Shown in pieces: positions 7,310-16,432 of a DNA stretch of 35,517 bases (positions within the stretch are counted from its first letter, which is position 1; the number at the start of each line of letters is the position of its first letter). Source of the stretch: a virus (Duplodnaviria > Caudoviricetes); IMG/VR virus record IMGVR_UViG_3300037465_000689, positions 1-35,517 of that record. One strand, 5' to 3'. The notes under the pieces were generated by a model. That model made no database searches, was not told the origin of the DNA, and worked only from the letters and a program-made list of their open reading frames with translations. Both the position numbers and the translations under genes were made by a program.

Positions 7310-7313
7310 ATGA
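6369..7313 (+). CDS. Overlapping +1-frame ORF: putative beta polypeptide of the methyltransferase (true start uncertain)
   Basis: Repeated LLPTP/WWPTP/LFPTP/LKTP units and LNPAWVEWLMGFPIGWT (motif IX-like). Its stop overlaps the rusA ATG. Confidence 0.7.
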   Translation: MAVSLQESAASTSGSNGLDSPPRGKSKFPRTAPESSSGDSQACRATPISPNAGRTTWCQLTFLQEDFHVNHSRSPESDAAPRMTAFSGRKCIALLRRCGRLGLWLRMCLASSEFAWTTSWLTWKPKVTKRGRLYFQLAPSAHGIGEIESSLLPTPLASQGGQGDPNDPKRGRKLAVAAQWWPTPTRSDGVGGPAHSGRNGGRNLRTAVALFPTPTATNTKSIHSRTGGRPPRSYLKTPTSAPFSHGGSGGELHKQVAKSGGPLNPAWVEWLMGFPIGWTALPRSVTRSSRTSPTGSLAGSVRPSNGKAAITRCK

Positions 7314-7672
7314 GCGTGCGGTTCATCGTGGAGGGAGAGCCCATCGGCCAGCAACGCGCCCGCATGGGACGAAGCGGAAAGCGGGGCGAGAGGACGCACT
7401 GGTACACACCGGACAAGACCCTCGAATACAAGCAGCGGATCGCACAGGCCTTCTTGCGGGCGAACGGGTTCCGATGGCTGGATCCACCGGCTGTCACGGT
7501 TCACGTCCGGTGTTTCTTCGGCGCTAAGGACCACCCCGATCCGGACAACGTCCAGAAACTGGTCCTCGACGCGTTAACGAAGCTGGCCTATCCCAACGAC
7601 CGCCACATCGCGTCGAGCAACACTCACGAGTATGACAGGCGGCGTCCGCGCATCGAGGTGGAGGTGGCCTGA
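7310..7672 (+). CDS. rusA: RusA-family Holliday junction resolvase
   Basis: GEP..QQRAR, YTP..T..Y, PDPDNVQKLVLDAL...Y.ND, PRIEVEV. Confidence 0.85.
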   Translation: MSVRFIVEGEPIGQQRARMGRSGKRGERTHWYTPDKTLEYKQRIAQAFLRANGFRWLDPPAVTVHVRCFFGAKDHPDPDNVQKLVLDALTKLAYPNDRHIASSNTHEYDRRRPRIEVEVA

Positions 7673-7710
7673 ATGGATCCGGATACCCGGCAAACCGAAG
7701 AGGACGGGCG

Positions 7711-7914
7711 ATGAAGTGCAGCTATAGACAATGCAGGCGAGAATTCATCTGCGGCGCATTCCGTCCCCAGCGCTACTGCTCCACCCGATGCAAGACTCTA
7801 GCGAAGAACGCCCGTCGTCGATGGCGCTATCGTCGTGACGAGGCGTTGAGAACCCGCGCACAGGAGCGGATGCGCGCGTACCGCCGATGGTGTTCCGCGA
7901 CCGTCCCCACGTAA
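7711..7914 (+). CDS. Small basic Zn-finger protein
   Basis: CxxxxC...F...QRYCSxxC followed by an Arg-rich helix; GAGGA RBS. Confidence 0.6.
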   Translation: MKCSYRQCRREFICGAFRPQRYCSTRCKTLAKNARRRWRYRRDEALRTRAQERMRAYRRWCSATVPT

Positions 7915-7915
7915 G

Positions 7916-7967
7916 CGTTCGTCCCCCGTTCGTCCTCTATCGTTCGTCCCCCAATCCGTTCTAACGT
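7916..7967 (+). promoter_or_regulatory. Three direct repeats CGTTCGTCC(C/T)C plus a -10-like TAACGT upstream of the late operon
   Basis: Copies at 7916, 7927 and 7941; partial CGTTC at 7957. Confidence 0.55.
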
Positions 7968-7981
7968 CTTGCTGGCAAGCC

Positions 7982-9031
7982 ATGTGGAGCCGATTCAACG
8001 CCCTGATTCCATACTTTGGCGGCAAACGATCACTCTGTCCGGTGATCTTCAAGGCCATCAGCCAGCACATCCCGCAGCAGGAGTGGCTGCGGACCACCTT
8101 CGTCGATGGCTTCTTCGGCGGCGGGGCGACCGCGCTCTTCGCCAAGGCGCAGGGGATGCGGGTGCTGACCAACGACCTCGCCAACCGCGCCAAGATCGCC
8201 GCCGATGTCTTCATCGCCAATGACCGGATCACGATCGCCGACGAGGACCTGCATCGGCTCTTTGTCAACGGCGCGGAGCATGCCCACTTCGTGGAGGAGC
8301 ATTTCGTGCCCTCGATGTTCATGCGCAAGCACGCGCAGTTCATCGACAACGCGCTCGCTCAGATCGACCGCATCCAGCACATGACCAAGCGGCAGCTGAT
8401 GAAGTTCGCGCTGATCCAATACATGCTCCGCATCACGCCCTACAGCCAGATCCACTCGGTCGACTACTTCCAGAAGATCGAAGGCGAGGAGTTCCACCGG
8501 CTGGGGATGTCGCGGGTGAAGAAAATCCCGTACACCTGCATGCACCCGATCCGCATCCTCACCGAGCTGCAAGCCAAGATCAACCGGGCGATCTTCCCGA
8601 ACGGCCACCGCAACGAAGCGCACCAGCGGGACGTCTTTGAGTTTCTGGCAAGTGTCGAAGGGGATATCTGCTACCTGGATCCGCCCTACGCCGGCGCTCA
8701 GCCCTACGAAATCTTCTACAGCGTGCTCGACCAGATCCTCGACCGAGAGTTCCGCCGGCTGCGCTGGTCGCCGCGGGACCATGAGGCGAACCCGTTCAAC
8801 GGCCCCGAAGCGAAGGCCATGCTCGTCCGATTGCTGGAGGCGACCAAGAAGTTCCGGGTCGTGGTCCTCAGCTACGGCAGCCAGCGCTACACGTTCGAGG
8901 AGTTCGAGGAGACGGTCAAACAGGTCGAGCCGCAGGCGGAGGTCTTCAAGGTGAATCTGCGCTATCCCTTCACCCGCAAGACGGACCAGGAAGCGGTGCG
9001 GAAAGAACTCATGGCGGTCATCGCCCACTGA
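7982..9031 (+). CDS. N6-adenine DNA methyltransferase (Dam/D12-like)
   Basis: PYFGGK, FVDGFFGGG (SAM binding), YLDPPY (catalytic). Confidence 0.9.
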   Translation: MWSRFNALIPYFGGKRSLCPVIFKAISQHIPQQEWLRTTFVDGFFGGGATALFAKAQGMRVLTNDLANRAKIAADVFIANDRITIADEDLHRLFVNGAEHAHFVEEHFVPSMFMRKHAQFIDNALAQIDRIQHMTKRQLMKFALIQYMLRITPYSQIHSVDYFQKIEGEEFHRLGMSRVKKIPYTCMHPIRILTELQAKINRAIFPNGHRNEAHQRDVFEFLASVEGDICYLDPPYAGAQPYEIFYSVLDQILDREFRRLRWSPRDHEANPFNGPEAKAMLVRLLEATKKFRVVVLSYGSQRYTFEEFEETVKQVEPQAEVFKVNLRYPFTRKTDQEAVRKELMAVIAH

Positions 9032-9042
9032 AGGAGCGGCGG

Positions 9043-9207
9043 ATGGAGCGAACGAACGATCCGAACCTGCAGGAGCTGTGCGTCGTGCCCGGCTGCGGCG
9101 CGCTGACGACCCACCGGGCCGTCATCGGCGACACGCTGCTGGTGCCGGCCTGCGCGCATCATTCAGACCACGAGATCGAGGCGGCCGCCGCGGAGCGCCA
9201 GGGATGA
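9043..9207 (+). CDS. Small Cys/His protein (54 aa)
   Basis: AAGGAG RBS; MERTND...CVVPGC...CAHH; ATGA-coupled to the ParB-like gene. Confidence 0.55.
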   Translation: MERTNDPNLQELCVVPGCGALTTHRAVIGDTLLVPACAHHSDHEIEAAAAERQG

Positions 9208-9878
9208 GCCAGGTCTTCCATACGGTCGAGCTGATCGACGTCGAGCGCATCCGCCCGAACGACTACAACCCCAACGCCATGCCGGCCACAACCTACGAGG
9301 CGCTGGTGGCCAGCATCAAGGCGCGGGGCTTCAAGAGCGCGATCTACGTCCGTCCGCCGGATGACAGCGGTGTGTACACCATCGTGGATGGCGAGCACCG
9401 CTGGCGGGCGGCGAAAGAAAGCGGCCTGCTCCACGTGCCCTGCGTCGTCCTTCCGGCCAACCAGGACGAGGCGATGATGGACACCATCGCCATGAACCAG
9501 CTGCGCGGCAGCCTGGTGCCGGTCAAGGTGGCGCTGGTCATCGCGGAGCTGTCCAAGCGCATTCCTGTCGAAGCCTTGGAGAAGGAACTGGGCTTCGAAG
9601 AGCACGAGTTGGAAGACCAGCTGGAGCTGCTCAAACTCCCGGATGACATCGAGAAGACCATCGAGCTGCAGGCGGAGATGGAGGAGCGCGAGGCGCTGCA
9701 GGTGGTCACCTTCGTCATGCGCAAGCCGCAGGCCGAGCTGGTGGAGCGCGTCATCACGGAGGTCGAGAAGGAAGTGGACGGGCCGAACCGGCGCGGCCAT
9801 GCGCTGGAAGTGATCGTGAAGGGGTATCTCCGGGCCGCTGGAAAGGGAGCGCCGGAGGTACCAGTTCCGCAACCATGA
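9204..9878 (+). CDS. ParB/Srx N-terminal domain protein
   Basis: IRPNDYNPN, SI...GF..AI.V, IVDGEHRWRA, N.LRG. Confidence 0.85.
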   Translation: MSQVFHTVELIDVERIRPNDYNPNAMPATTYEALVASIKARGFKSAIYVRPPDDSGVYTIVDGEHRWRAAKESGLLHVPCVVLPANQDEAMMDTIAMNQLRGSLVPVKVALVIAELSKRIPVEALEKELGFEEHELEDQLELLKLPDDIEKTIELQAEMEEREALQVVTFVMRKPQAELVERVITEVEKEVDGPNRRGHALEVIVKGYLRAAGKGAPEVPVPQP

Positions 9879-10357
9879 ACCGCCAGCAGCAAATCAACGC
9901 AAGTAAAAAGGCCAGCCAGGTTTACGGCTTGCGCGTGAGGGGCTGGAGGGTCGCCGAGATTGCAACGTCCCTGGGGATTCCGGAGCGCACCGTGTACTAC
10001 CTGCTGCAGGAGGGCGACCGGATCACCGGCGGGCGCATCCGCGCCCTCACGCGGGACGGCGCCCTGCGGCAACTCTTCCTGGCGCATGAGGAGCGCGAAC
10101 GGAAGCTCTGGGACCTGATCGTGACCAGCCGGGTGGACATCGTGAAAGCCCACTGCTTGAAGCAGCTCGTCGAAGAGGAGCGGCGCTTCGAGGAACTGCT
10201 CGTGCGGATGAAGGTGCTGCCGAAAGCCGCCGATCTCAAGACCGAGCACGACATCACCTACACCGAGCGAAAGGACCTGCGCCTCCGCGTGGAGGTGCGC
10301 TACCCCGATGACCAGCTCGTTGGCCGCGCCGCTGATCTCTTCGGACGAGTACGTTGA
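9875..10357 (+). CDS. Terminase small subunit (putative)
   Basis: N-terminal HTH (GWRVAEIATSLGIPERTV) followed by helices, directly upstream of terL. Confidence 0.6.
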   Translation: MNRQQQINASKKASQVYGLRVRGWRVAEIATSLGIPERTVYYLLQEGDRITGGRIRALTRDGALRQLFLAHEERERKLWDLIVTSRVDIVKAHCLKQLVEEERRFEELLVRMKVLPKAADLKTEHDITYTERKDLRLRVEVRYPDDQLVGRAADLFGRVR

Positions 10358-11777
10358 GCTCGTGCGGTCGGTCGCGCCGCGCCGGCTGGACGTGTTCGTC
10401 AACCACGTCTTCCGCGACAGCCTGGAGCTGATCGACGGGCGGTTCGTGCCGGGCCGGCACATCGACCAGTGGTGCGCGCGGCTGCAGGAGCGGAATAAGA
10501 CCGGGACGATCTCCGCCCGGAAGCACAGCAAGAGCACGACGTTCTACGGCTTCCTCGCCTGGCGGCTGTTCCGGATCTTGTTCGGCCAGGAGGTGCCGGC
10601 GTTCGAGGAGCTGCTCTACATGAGCTACAGCGCGGATCTGTCGCAGTACCACCTGAAGAAGGTCAAGCGCTACATCGAGGCGAACCCGTGGTTCAAGCCG
10701 CTCGTGAGCCTGACGGACGCGGAGAGCATTCTGCACTACCGCACCCCGGAGGTGGCCGGCACGAGCGAGCGCCGGGAGGTGCTGATCGAGCCGGCCGGGG
10801 TCATGACGTTCAAGCGTGGCCGCCATCCGCACGGGGTGCTGTGCGACGACATCCTCCGCGATCCAGAGGTGCGGCTGGATCTCACCCAGATCGAGAAGAT
10901 CACGCGCATCTTCCTGGAGGAGATCGTCAGCATGCCCCAGGAGGGCGGCTTCCTGCACATCGCCGGCACGCCGCAGGACAAGGAAGACCTCTTCACCGCG
11001 CTGAAGCAGATGGAGAGCTTCGACGTGGCGGAGTACCCGGCGGTGATCGACTTCGAGCGGCGGGAGGTGCTCTGGCCCGAGATGTTCCCCTTCGAGCGGC
11101 TCATTGAGATTCGGGATAAGGAGGTCGGCAAGAAAGCTTTTCTGAAGGAGTACCAGTGCCGGCCGGTGCGCGAGGTGAGCGGCTACTTCGAGGACGCGGA
11201 GATCGACGCGGTCATTGATCCGCAGCTGAACCCACTGTCCATCGGTGCGCAGACGCCGGCTACCCGCTACGTCGGGGGCATGGACCTCGGCAAGAAGAGC
11301 CACCCGTCGCACTTCGTGCTCTTCGAGGATACCGGGACCGAGCTTATCCAGCGCGTCTCGCGGTGGTTTGACCACACGGACTACACCGAGCAGGTGGCCT
11401 TCGTGAACGCGCTGGATCGGCTCTACGACCTGGTCGGCCTGTGCTACGACGACACCCGGGCCGAACTGGAGAGCTTCAAGGAGCGCCGCGAGCTGCCGGC
11501 CTGCGCGGTCGGAGTGCCGCTGACCGCCAAGGCGAAGTTCGAGTCAGCAGCACTCTTCGGCACCCGGGTGCGGCAGCGCACGATCCGGCTGCTCGATGAT
11601 CCGCGCCAGCGTCGGCTGCTGCTCTCCGTGGATGACAATCTCAACGCGCCGGAGACGGCCGAGGGCCACGGCGACAGCTTCTTCAGCATCATGCTCGCCT
11701 GCAAGGCGGCCCAGCAGAGGGTCCGGCCCACGCTGGGGATCGTCACCGTGGGTGGCGGCAATGGAGACGAGGACTGA
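10308..11777 (+). CDS. terL: Terminase large subunit
   Basis: Walker A-like ARKHSKST, RG.H, Walker B LCDD, AGTP, RNase H-like GMDLG...HGD. Confidence 0.88.
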   Translation: MTSSLAAPLISSDEYVELVRSVAPRRLDVFVNHVFRDSLELIDGRFVPGRHIDQWCARLQERNKTGTISARKHSKSTTFYGFLAWRLFRILFGQEVPAFEELLYMSYSADLSQYHLKKVKRYIEANPWFKPLVSLTDAESILHYRTPEVAGTSERREVLIEPAGVMTFKRGRHPHGVLCDDILRDPEVRLDLTQIEKITRIFLEEIVSMPQEGGFLHIAGTPQDKEDLFTALKQMESFDVAEYPAVIDFERREVLWPEMFPFERLIEIRDKEVGKKAFLKEYQCRPVREVSGYFEDAEIDAVIDPQLNPLSIGAQTPATRYVGGMDLGKKSHPSHFVLFEDTGTELIQRVSRWFDHTDYTEQVAFVNALDRLYDLVGLCYDDTRAELESFKERRELPACAVGVPLTAKAKFESAALFGTRVRQRTIRLLDDPRQRRLLLSVDDNLNAPETAEGHGDSFFSIMLACKAAQQRVRPTLGIVTVGGGNGDED

Positions 11778-13891
11778 TGGGCCTGCTCTCGGTGGTTCGC
11801 CACAAGCTCATCGATGCCCTCCGTAGCGCCCCTGAGCATTCAGGGCGCGCGCCCTCCGCCCTGAAGCAGTCCCGGACGTTCGAGGTCATCACTCAGCCCT
11901 GGATGGCGCCGCAGGGTGTTCCCCGTCCGGAAACCATCGCCACCTTTGAGGACTTCGGGCGAGTGTTCAAACGCGAGGTGTGGGTCTTCGCCTGCGCCAA
12001 GCGCATCGCGGAGGCGGCCGCGGATGTGCCGATCAAGGTCTGCCGCCTCCGGCGGGACGGTACCGAGGAGCCGCTGAAGCGGCACCCGCTGCTGGAGCTG
12101 CTGCAGGGCATCAACCCCCACATGGGCCGCGCCCTGTTCCTGGAAACCCTCTTCGCCGGAGTCGAGTTGATGGGCAACGCCTACATCGAGAAGGTCCGCA
12201 AGACGCCCGCCGGCCCGCCGGTCGAGCTGTATCCCCTGCGGCCGGACCGGATGAAGATCGTGCCCGATGCCAAAGCGTACATCGCGGGATTCCTGTACGA
12301 CGTCAACGGCCGCAAGATCGCCTTCGAGTCGCGGGACGTCATCCACCTCAAGACCTACAACCCCTGCGACGACTACTACGGCCTCAGCACCCTGGAGGCC
12401 GCCGCGCTCTCGGTCGAGAACGATCAGTACAGCATCGCCTACAACCGGAACTTCTTCCGCAACAACGCGCTGCCCGCCGGCATCTTCGTGACCTCCGATG
12501 CCGTGAAGCAGGAGGACGTGGAGCGGCTCAAGGCCGAGTTCGAGAAGCTCTTCAAGGGGGTGAAGAACGCCCACCGGGTGGGCTGGCTCTCCGGCACCTG
12601 GCAATGGCTCGACATGGGCCTGAAGCAGCGCGACGCCCAGTTCATCGACAGCCGCAAGCTCAGCCGCGAGGAGATCCTCGCGGCCTTCGGGGTGCCGCCG
12701 GTGCTGGTGGGGATCTTCGAGTTCGCCAACTACGCCAACAGCCGGGAGCAGATCCAGATCTTCTGGAAAACCACGATGCTGCCCCGGCTGCAGCGGATCG
12801 AGGATCAGCTCAACGAGCAGCTCGCGCCGGACTTCGGCGAGGACATCCGGATCCGCTTCGACCTCAGCGAGATCGAGGCGCTGCGGGAAGACCAGGACGC
12901 CCGCACGAGCCGGGTGCGGGGGCTGGTGCAGGACGGCATCGTCACCCGCAACGAGGCGCGGGAGCAGCTGGGCCTGGAGCGGCTGGAGGCACCTGAGATG
13001 GACCTAATCTTCCTGCCGCTCACCATGATCCCGATCGGGGTGGGTTCCTCGATTCCCGAGCAGCCGGCGGAGGACCAGAAGGCGCGCCGCCCCTTCCAGG
13101 AAGAGATCAAGACCGCGAAGTGGCGGGAAATCATGGCGGACGTGGCGCTCTTCGAGGCGCCGATGACCGCGGCCCTGCGCAGCTTTTTCACCCGGCAGCG
13201 CGAAGAAGTCATGCGCCGCTTCCATGACGCCATCATGGCGGACACGCTGCAGCTCTCCGGCAACGGCTCCCTGGTCGTCAAGCAGCGCGTGACGCTTGAG
13301 CAGATCACCTTCGACGTCCTGGAGGCGGAGCGAGAGCTGGAGCGGATCGGCCGGCGGCAGCTGGCGGCCAGTATCGCGCGGCGCGGCAGCCGCGCGCTCG
13401 CCAGCCTCGGGGTCGACTTCGACTTCAACGTCAAGGATCCGCGGGTCCTGGAGTTCCTGGAGCGGCAGGTGTTCAAGTTCAAGCGCGGCATCAACGAGAC
13501 GACCCGCGAGGCGATCCGCGAGGCGCTGCTGGCCGGCGAGCGGCTCGGCGAGGGGGTCACGCAGATCGCCGACCGCATCAACGCGCTCTTCGAGGAGGCG
13601 AATCAGGTGCGGGCCCTGCGCATCGCCAGGACGGAGACGCTGGGCGCGGTCAACTTCGGCCAGCTGGAGGGCATGGCGCAGTCCGGACTCGTCAGCCACA
13701 AGCAGTGGCTCAGCGCGCGGGACGGCCACGTGCGGGCGTCGCATCAGCAGTTGGATGAAGACACGCAACACACACCCATTCCGCTGATGCAGCCCTTCAG
13801 CAACGGGCTGATGTTCCCCGGCGACCAAACCGGCCCAGTGGAAGAGGTCGTCAACTGCCGGTGCGTGCTGCTGGAAGTCATCGAGCGATGA
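11777..13891 (+). CDS. HK97-type portal fused to a Mu gpF/SPP1 gp7-like minor head domain
   Basis: WVFAC..RIA, GNAY, L.PDRM, YYGLS, FFRNNA.P, I..FGVPP. C-terminal RIARTE, KQWLSA.D..VR..H, FPGD...NCRC. Confidence 0.92.
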   Translation: MGLLSVVRHKLIDALRSAPEHSGRAPSALKQSRTFEVITQPWMAPQGVPRPETIATFEDFGRVFKREVWVFACAKRIAEAAADVPIKVCRLRRDGTEEPLKRHPLLELLQGINPHMGRALFLETLFAGVELMGNAYIEKVRKTPAGPPVELYPLRPDRMKIVPDAKAYIAGFLYDVNGRKIAFESRDVIHLKTYNPCDDYYGLSTLEAAALSVENDQYSIAYNRNFFRNNALPAGIFVTSDAVKQEDVERLKAEFEKLFKGVKNAHRVGWLSGTWQWLDMGLKQRDAQFIDSRKLSREEILAAFGVPPVLVGIFEFANYANSREQIQIFWKTTMLPRLQRIEDQLNEQLAPDFGEDIRIRFDLSEIEALREDQDARTSRVRGLVQDGIVTRNEAREQLGLERLEAPEMDLIFLPLTMIPIGVGSSIPEQPAEDQKARRPFQEEIKTAKWREIMADVALFEAPMTAALRSFFTRQREEVMRRFHDAIMADTLQLSGNGSLVVKQRVTLEQITFDVLEAERELERIGRRQLAASIARRGSRALASLGVDFDFNVKDPRVLEFLERQVFKFKRGINETTREAIREALLAGERLGEGVTQIADRINALFEEANQVRALRIARTETLGAVNFGQLEGMAQSGLVSHKQWLSARDGHVRASHQQLDEDTQHTPIPLMQPFSNGLMFPGDQTGPVEEVVNCRCVLLEVIER

Positions 13892-13908
13892 ACGCGAAGG
13901 AGGCGGAT

Positions 13909-14913
13909 ATGCAGTATCGGACGATCGACGAGGGCGGGCTGTGGCGCAGCTATGAGGCCGGCCGCGTGATCACCAGAAGCGGCGCAAGCTCCCCATTGCT
14001 GCGCATGCCGATGGCGGTGGAGGTGAAGCAGCTCGGAGACAAGACCTCGCGCGTGCTGCGGTTCATCGCCTCCACGGAGGATGAAGACCGGGACGGCGAC
14101 ATCATCCGCGTGGCCGGGTGGGATCTGACCAACTTCCTCACCAACCCCGCGCATCTCTGGGCCCACAACATGCGCGAGGACCTGCCGCCCATCGGCAAGA
14201 CGATCCGCCTCGAGATCCAGGACACCCGAATGATCAACGATGTGGACTTCTTCATGGCCGAGGAGTTCGAGCTGGCCCGGCTCGCCTTCAAGGCGCACCT
14301 GGCCGGGGTCTGCGCGGAATCCGTGGGGTTCCGGCCGCTGGAGGCCTCGGAGCGGCACGGCAGCGACGGCCGGCTGATGGGCTTCGAGTTCAAGCGGCAG
14401 GAGCTGCTGGAAATCTCCTCGGTGCCGGTGCCCTGCAACCCGAACGCGCTGATGATGGCGACGCAGAAGGGGCTCTTGACCTCCGAGGAAGCGACCAAGA
14501 TCGAGAACGTCTGGACGCCGGAGCGCGCGCGACCCATCGAAATTTATCTGCCGGAGGCGAAGACGGCTGCGGCCGAGCCTCCTCCGCCCGCCGGGGCACC
14601 GGCCTCGCCAAAGCAGGCGGAGGATCCGAGGGATGAACAGGTTCGAGCCGGGCAGCTGGAAGCCGCCGCAGCGTTCGCCCAGGCGCTCGATGAGGCGGGC
14701 CGGAAGATGATGCAGGCGCACTGCTTGCGCCTGGCGGAGGTCTACGGGCTGAAGATCACGATCGAGACAGGCGAGGCGCGCGAGGGCGAGGCGAAACAGG
14801 TCGAGGCGTTGGCAGAGACGGTCCAGGCGCTCTCCCAGCGGTGGGATGAGCGGGAGCAAACGATCGGTCGCACCGTGAGCCAAGCGGTGCAGGACGCGGT
14901 CAAGGCATCGTAG
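13909..14913 (+). CDS. HK97-family prohead protease with C-terminal extension
   Basis: ASTEDEDRDGD, LWAHN, PIGK, SVGF, LLEISSVPVPCNPNA. AGGAGG RBS (alternative start 13888). Confidence 0.9.
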   Translation: MQYRTIDEGGLWRSYEAGRVITRSGASSPLLRMPMAVEVKQLGDKTSRVLRFIASTEDEDRDGDIIRVAGWDLTNFLTNPAHLWAHNMREDLPPIGKTIRLEIQDTRMINDVDFFMAEEFELARLAFKAHLAGVCAESVGFRPLEASERHGSDGRLMGFEFKRQELLEISSVPVPCNPNALMMATQKGLLTSEEATKIENVWTPERARPIEIYLPEAKTAAAEPPPPAGAPASPKQAEDPRDEQVRAGQLEAAAAFAQALDEAGRKMMQAHCLRLAEVYGLKITIETGEAREGEAKQVEALAETVQALSQRWDEREQTIGRTVSQAVQDAVKAS

Positions 14914-14929
14914 CCCAGAGGAGGAGCGA

Positions 14930-16363
14930 GTGATGGTTGCGACGTTGGAGGAACTCACGAAGCTGGTCCACGACCTGAAGGACAAGGTCGAGCAAGGGGT
15001 CAACCCCGACGCCTTGGCCGAGACGGTGCGCGGCGAGATCACGAAGGCGCTCTCGGCGGTCCGGACGCCGGAGCGGCGGGGGCAGTTCGACGTGGGGACG
15101 CACCGGCTGGCGCGCGGCGGGGACGTCAAGTTCCTGGTCCACGGCATCACGCCGAAGTACGTGCATCCGGCGCCCTGGGCGCCGCCGGTGGCCACGAACC
15201 CGCTCTTCACCCCGGATGTCGAGGAGCTGACCAAGCTCAACGACGCGGCGGTGATCACGGCCATGATCATGGCCAAGGCGGACGGCATCGAGGAGCTCGA
15301 CACCGAGGAAAAGGTCGGCCGCTACATCCAGCGGCGCATCGAGCACGGGAGCAAGGCGTTTCTCCAGTGGCGCGAGCAGTTCAGCAGCTTGAGCAAGGCG
15401 CTGGACACCGCCACCACGGCGGAGGGCGCGGAGTTCGTGCCCACCGGCTTCTCGCGGGATCTGATCGACCGGGTCCGGATCGCGGCCAACGTGGGCAATC
15501 TCTTCCCCGAGGTCAACATGCCGCAGGATCCGTTCAAGCTGCCCGCCCGGGCGTTCGCGCGGCAGAAGGCGCGCAAGCTCAGCGAGTCCACGGCCGACAG
15601 CGCGACGAAGATCACCGCGGTCACCCCCGGCACCCGGCAGGTGACGCTGGACGCCAAGAAGCTCGGCGTGCGCGTGCTGGAGTCGCTCGAGTTGGAGGAG
15701 GACTCCATCATCGCGATGGCGCCCTTCATCCGGGACGAGATCATCGAGGGGCTGGCCTACGGGCTGGAGGACGCGTACCTCAACGGCGATGACTCCGGCA
15801 CCCACATGGACAACGACACCAACGGGGGCGCGGCGGACCTCGCGGCCAAGACCTGGATCGGGCTGCGCAAGCACGCCCAGGCCAACAGCGTGACGCAGGA
15901 TCTCTCCACGTTCAGCACGGCGAACCTGCGCGCGCTGCGCAAGAAGCTGGGCAAGTACGGCGCCGATCCGCGCAACCTGGCGTGGATCGTCTCGATCAAG
16001 GGCCTGATCGCCATGATGGGCCTGGCCGAGGTCATCACGCTCGATAAGTTCGGGCCGCTGGCCACCGTCATCACCGGGCAGCTGGCGATGTTCGACGGCA
16101 TCCCGGTCATCGTCTCGGAGGAGATGCGGGATGACGTGGCGGCCACCGGGGTCAACACGGGTGCTGGGCCGAACACGCTCTCGAACCTCGTGCTGGCGAA
16201 CCGGCGGGCCTGGATCCGCGGGATCCGGCGGGCGCCGACGGTCAAGACCAAGGAGGACATCGAGACGGACCAGCTCATCGTCGTGGTGACGTGGCGCGGC
16301 GATTTCCAGCGCACGCTCGGCACGGCGGAGACGCACATCGGTCAAGGGATCAACTTCTCGTAA
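14930..16363 (+). CDS. Major capsid protein (HK97 fold, N-terminal delta domain)
   Basis: Coiled N-terminus, KAL...G.EFVP, TL.AKKL, D.YLNGD, GIPVIVS. Confidence 0.92.
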   Translation: MMVATLEELTKLVHDLKDKVEQGVNPDALAETVRGEITKALSAVRTPERRGQFDVGTHRLARGGDVKFLVHGITPKYVHPAPWAPPVATNPLFTPDVEELTKLNDAAVITAMIMAKADGIEELDTEEKVGRYIQRRIEHGSKAFLQWREQFSSLSKALDTATTAEGAEFVPTGFSRDLIDRVRIAANVGNLFPEVNMPQDPFKLPARAFARQKARKLSESTADSATKITAVTPGTRQVTLDAKKLGVRVLESLELEEDSIIAMAPFIRDEIIEGLAYGLEDAYLNGDDSGTHMDNDTNGGAADLAAKTWIGLRKHAQANSVTQDLSTFSTANLRALRKKLGKYGADPRNLAWIVSIKGLIAMMGLAEVITLDKFGPLATVITGQLAMFDGIPVIVSEEMRDDVAATGVNTGAGPNTLSNLVLANRRAWIRGIRRAPTVKTKEDIETDQLIVVVTWRGDFQRTLGTAETHIGQGINFS

Positions 16364-16373
16364 CGAGCAGACG

Positions 16374-16412
16374 GCCGGCGGAGGGCGCGCGAATGGCGCG
16401 TCCTCCGCCGGC
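16374..16412 (+). other. Strong stem-loop after the capsid gene
   Basis: 17-bp stem (one G-T pair), no U-tract. Confidence 0.6.
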
Positions 16413-16432
16413 AACTCAAGGAGGTCGTTGGC

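Noticed and set aside
851-7951. CRISPR-like arrays at the short repeat clusters (851-949, 5460-5518, 7916-7951)
   Set aside because: Repeats are too short, lack unique spacers of regular length, and no cas genes are present.
6341-9031. Restriction-modification system
   Set aside because: Both methylases are orphan; the only nearby nuclease is a RusA resolvase.
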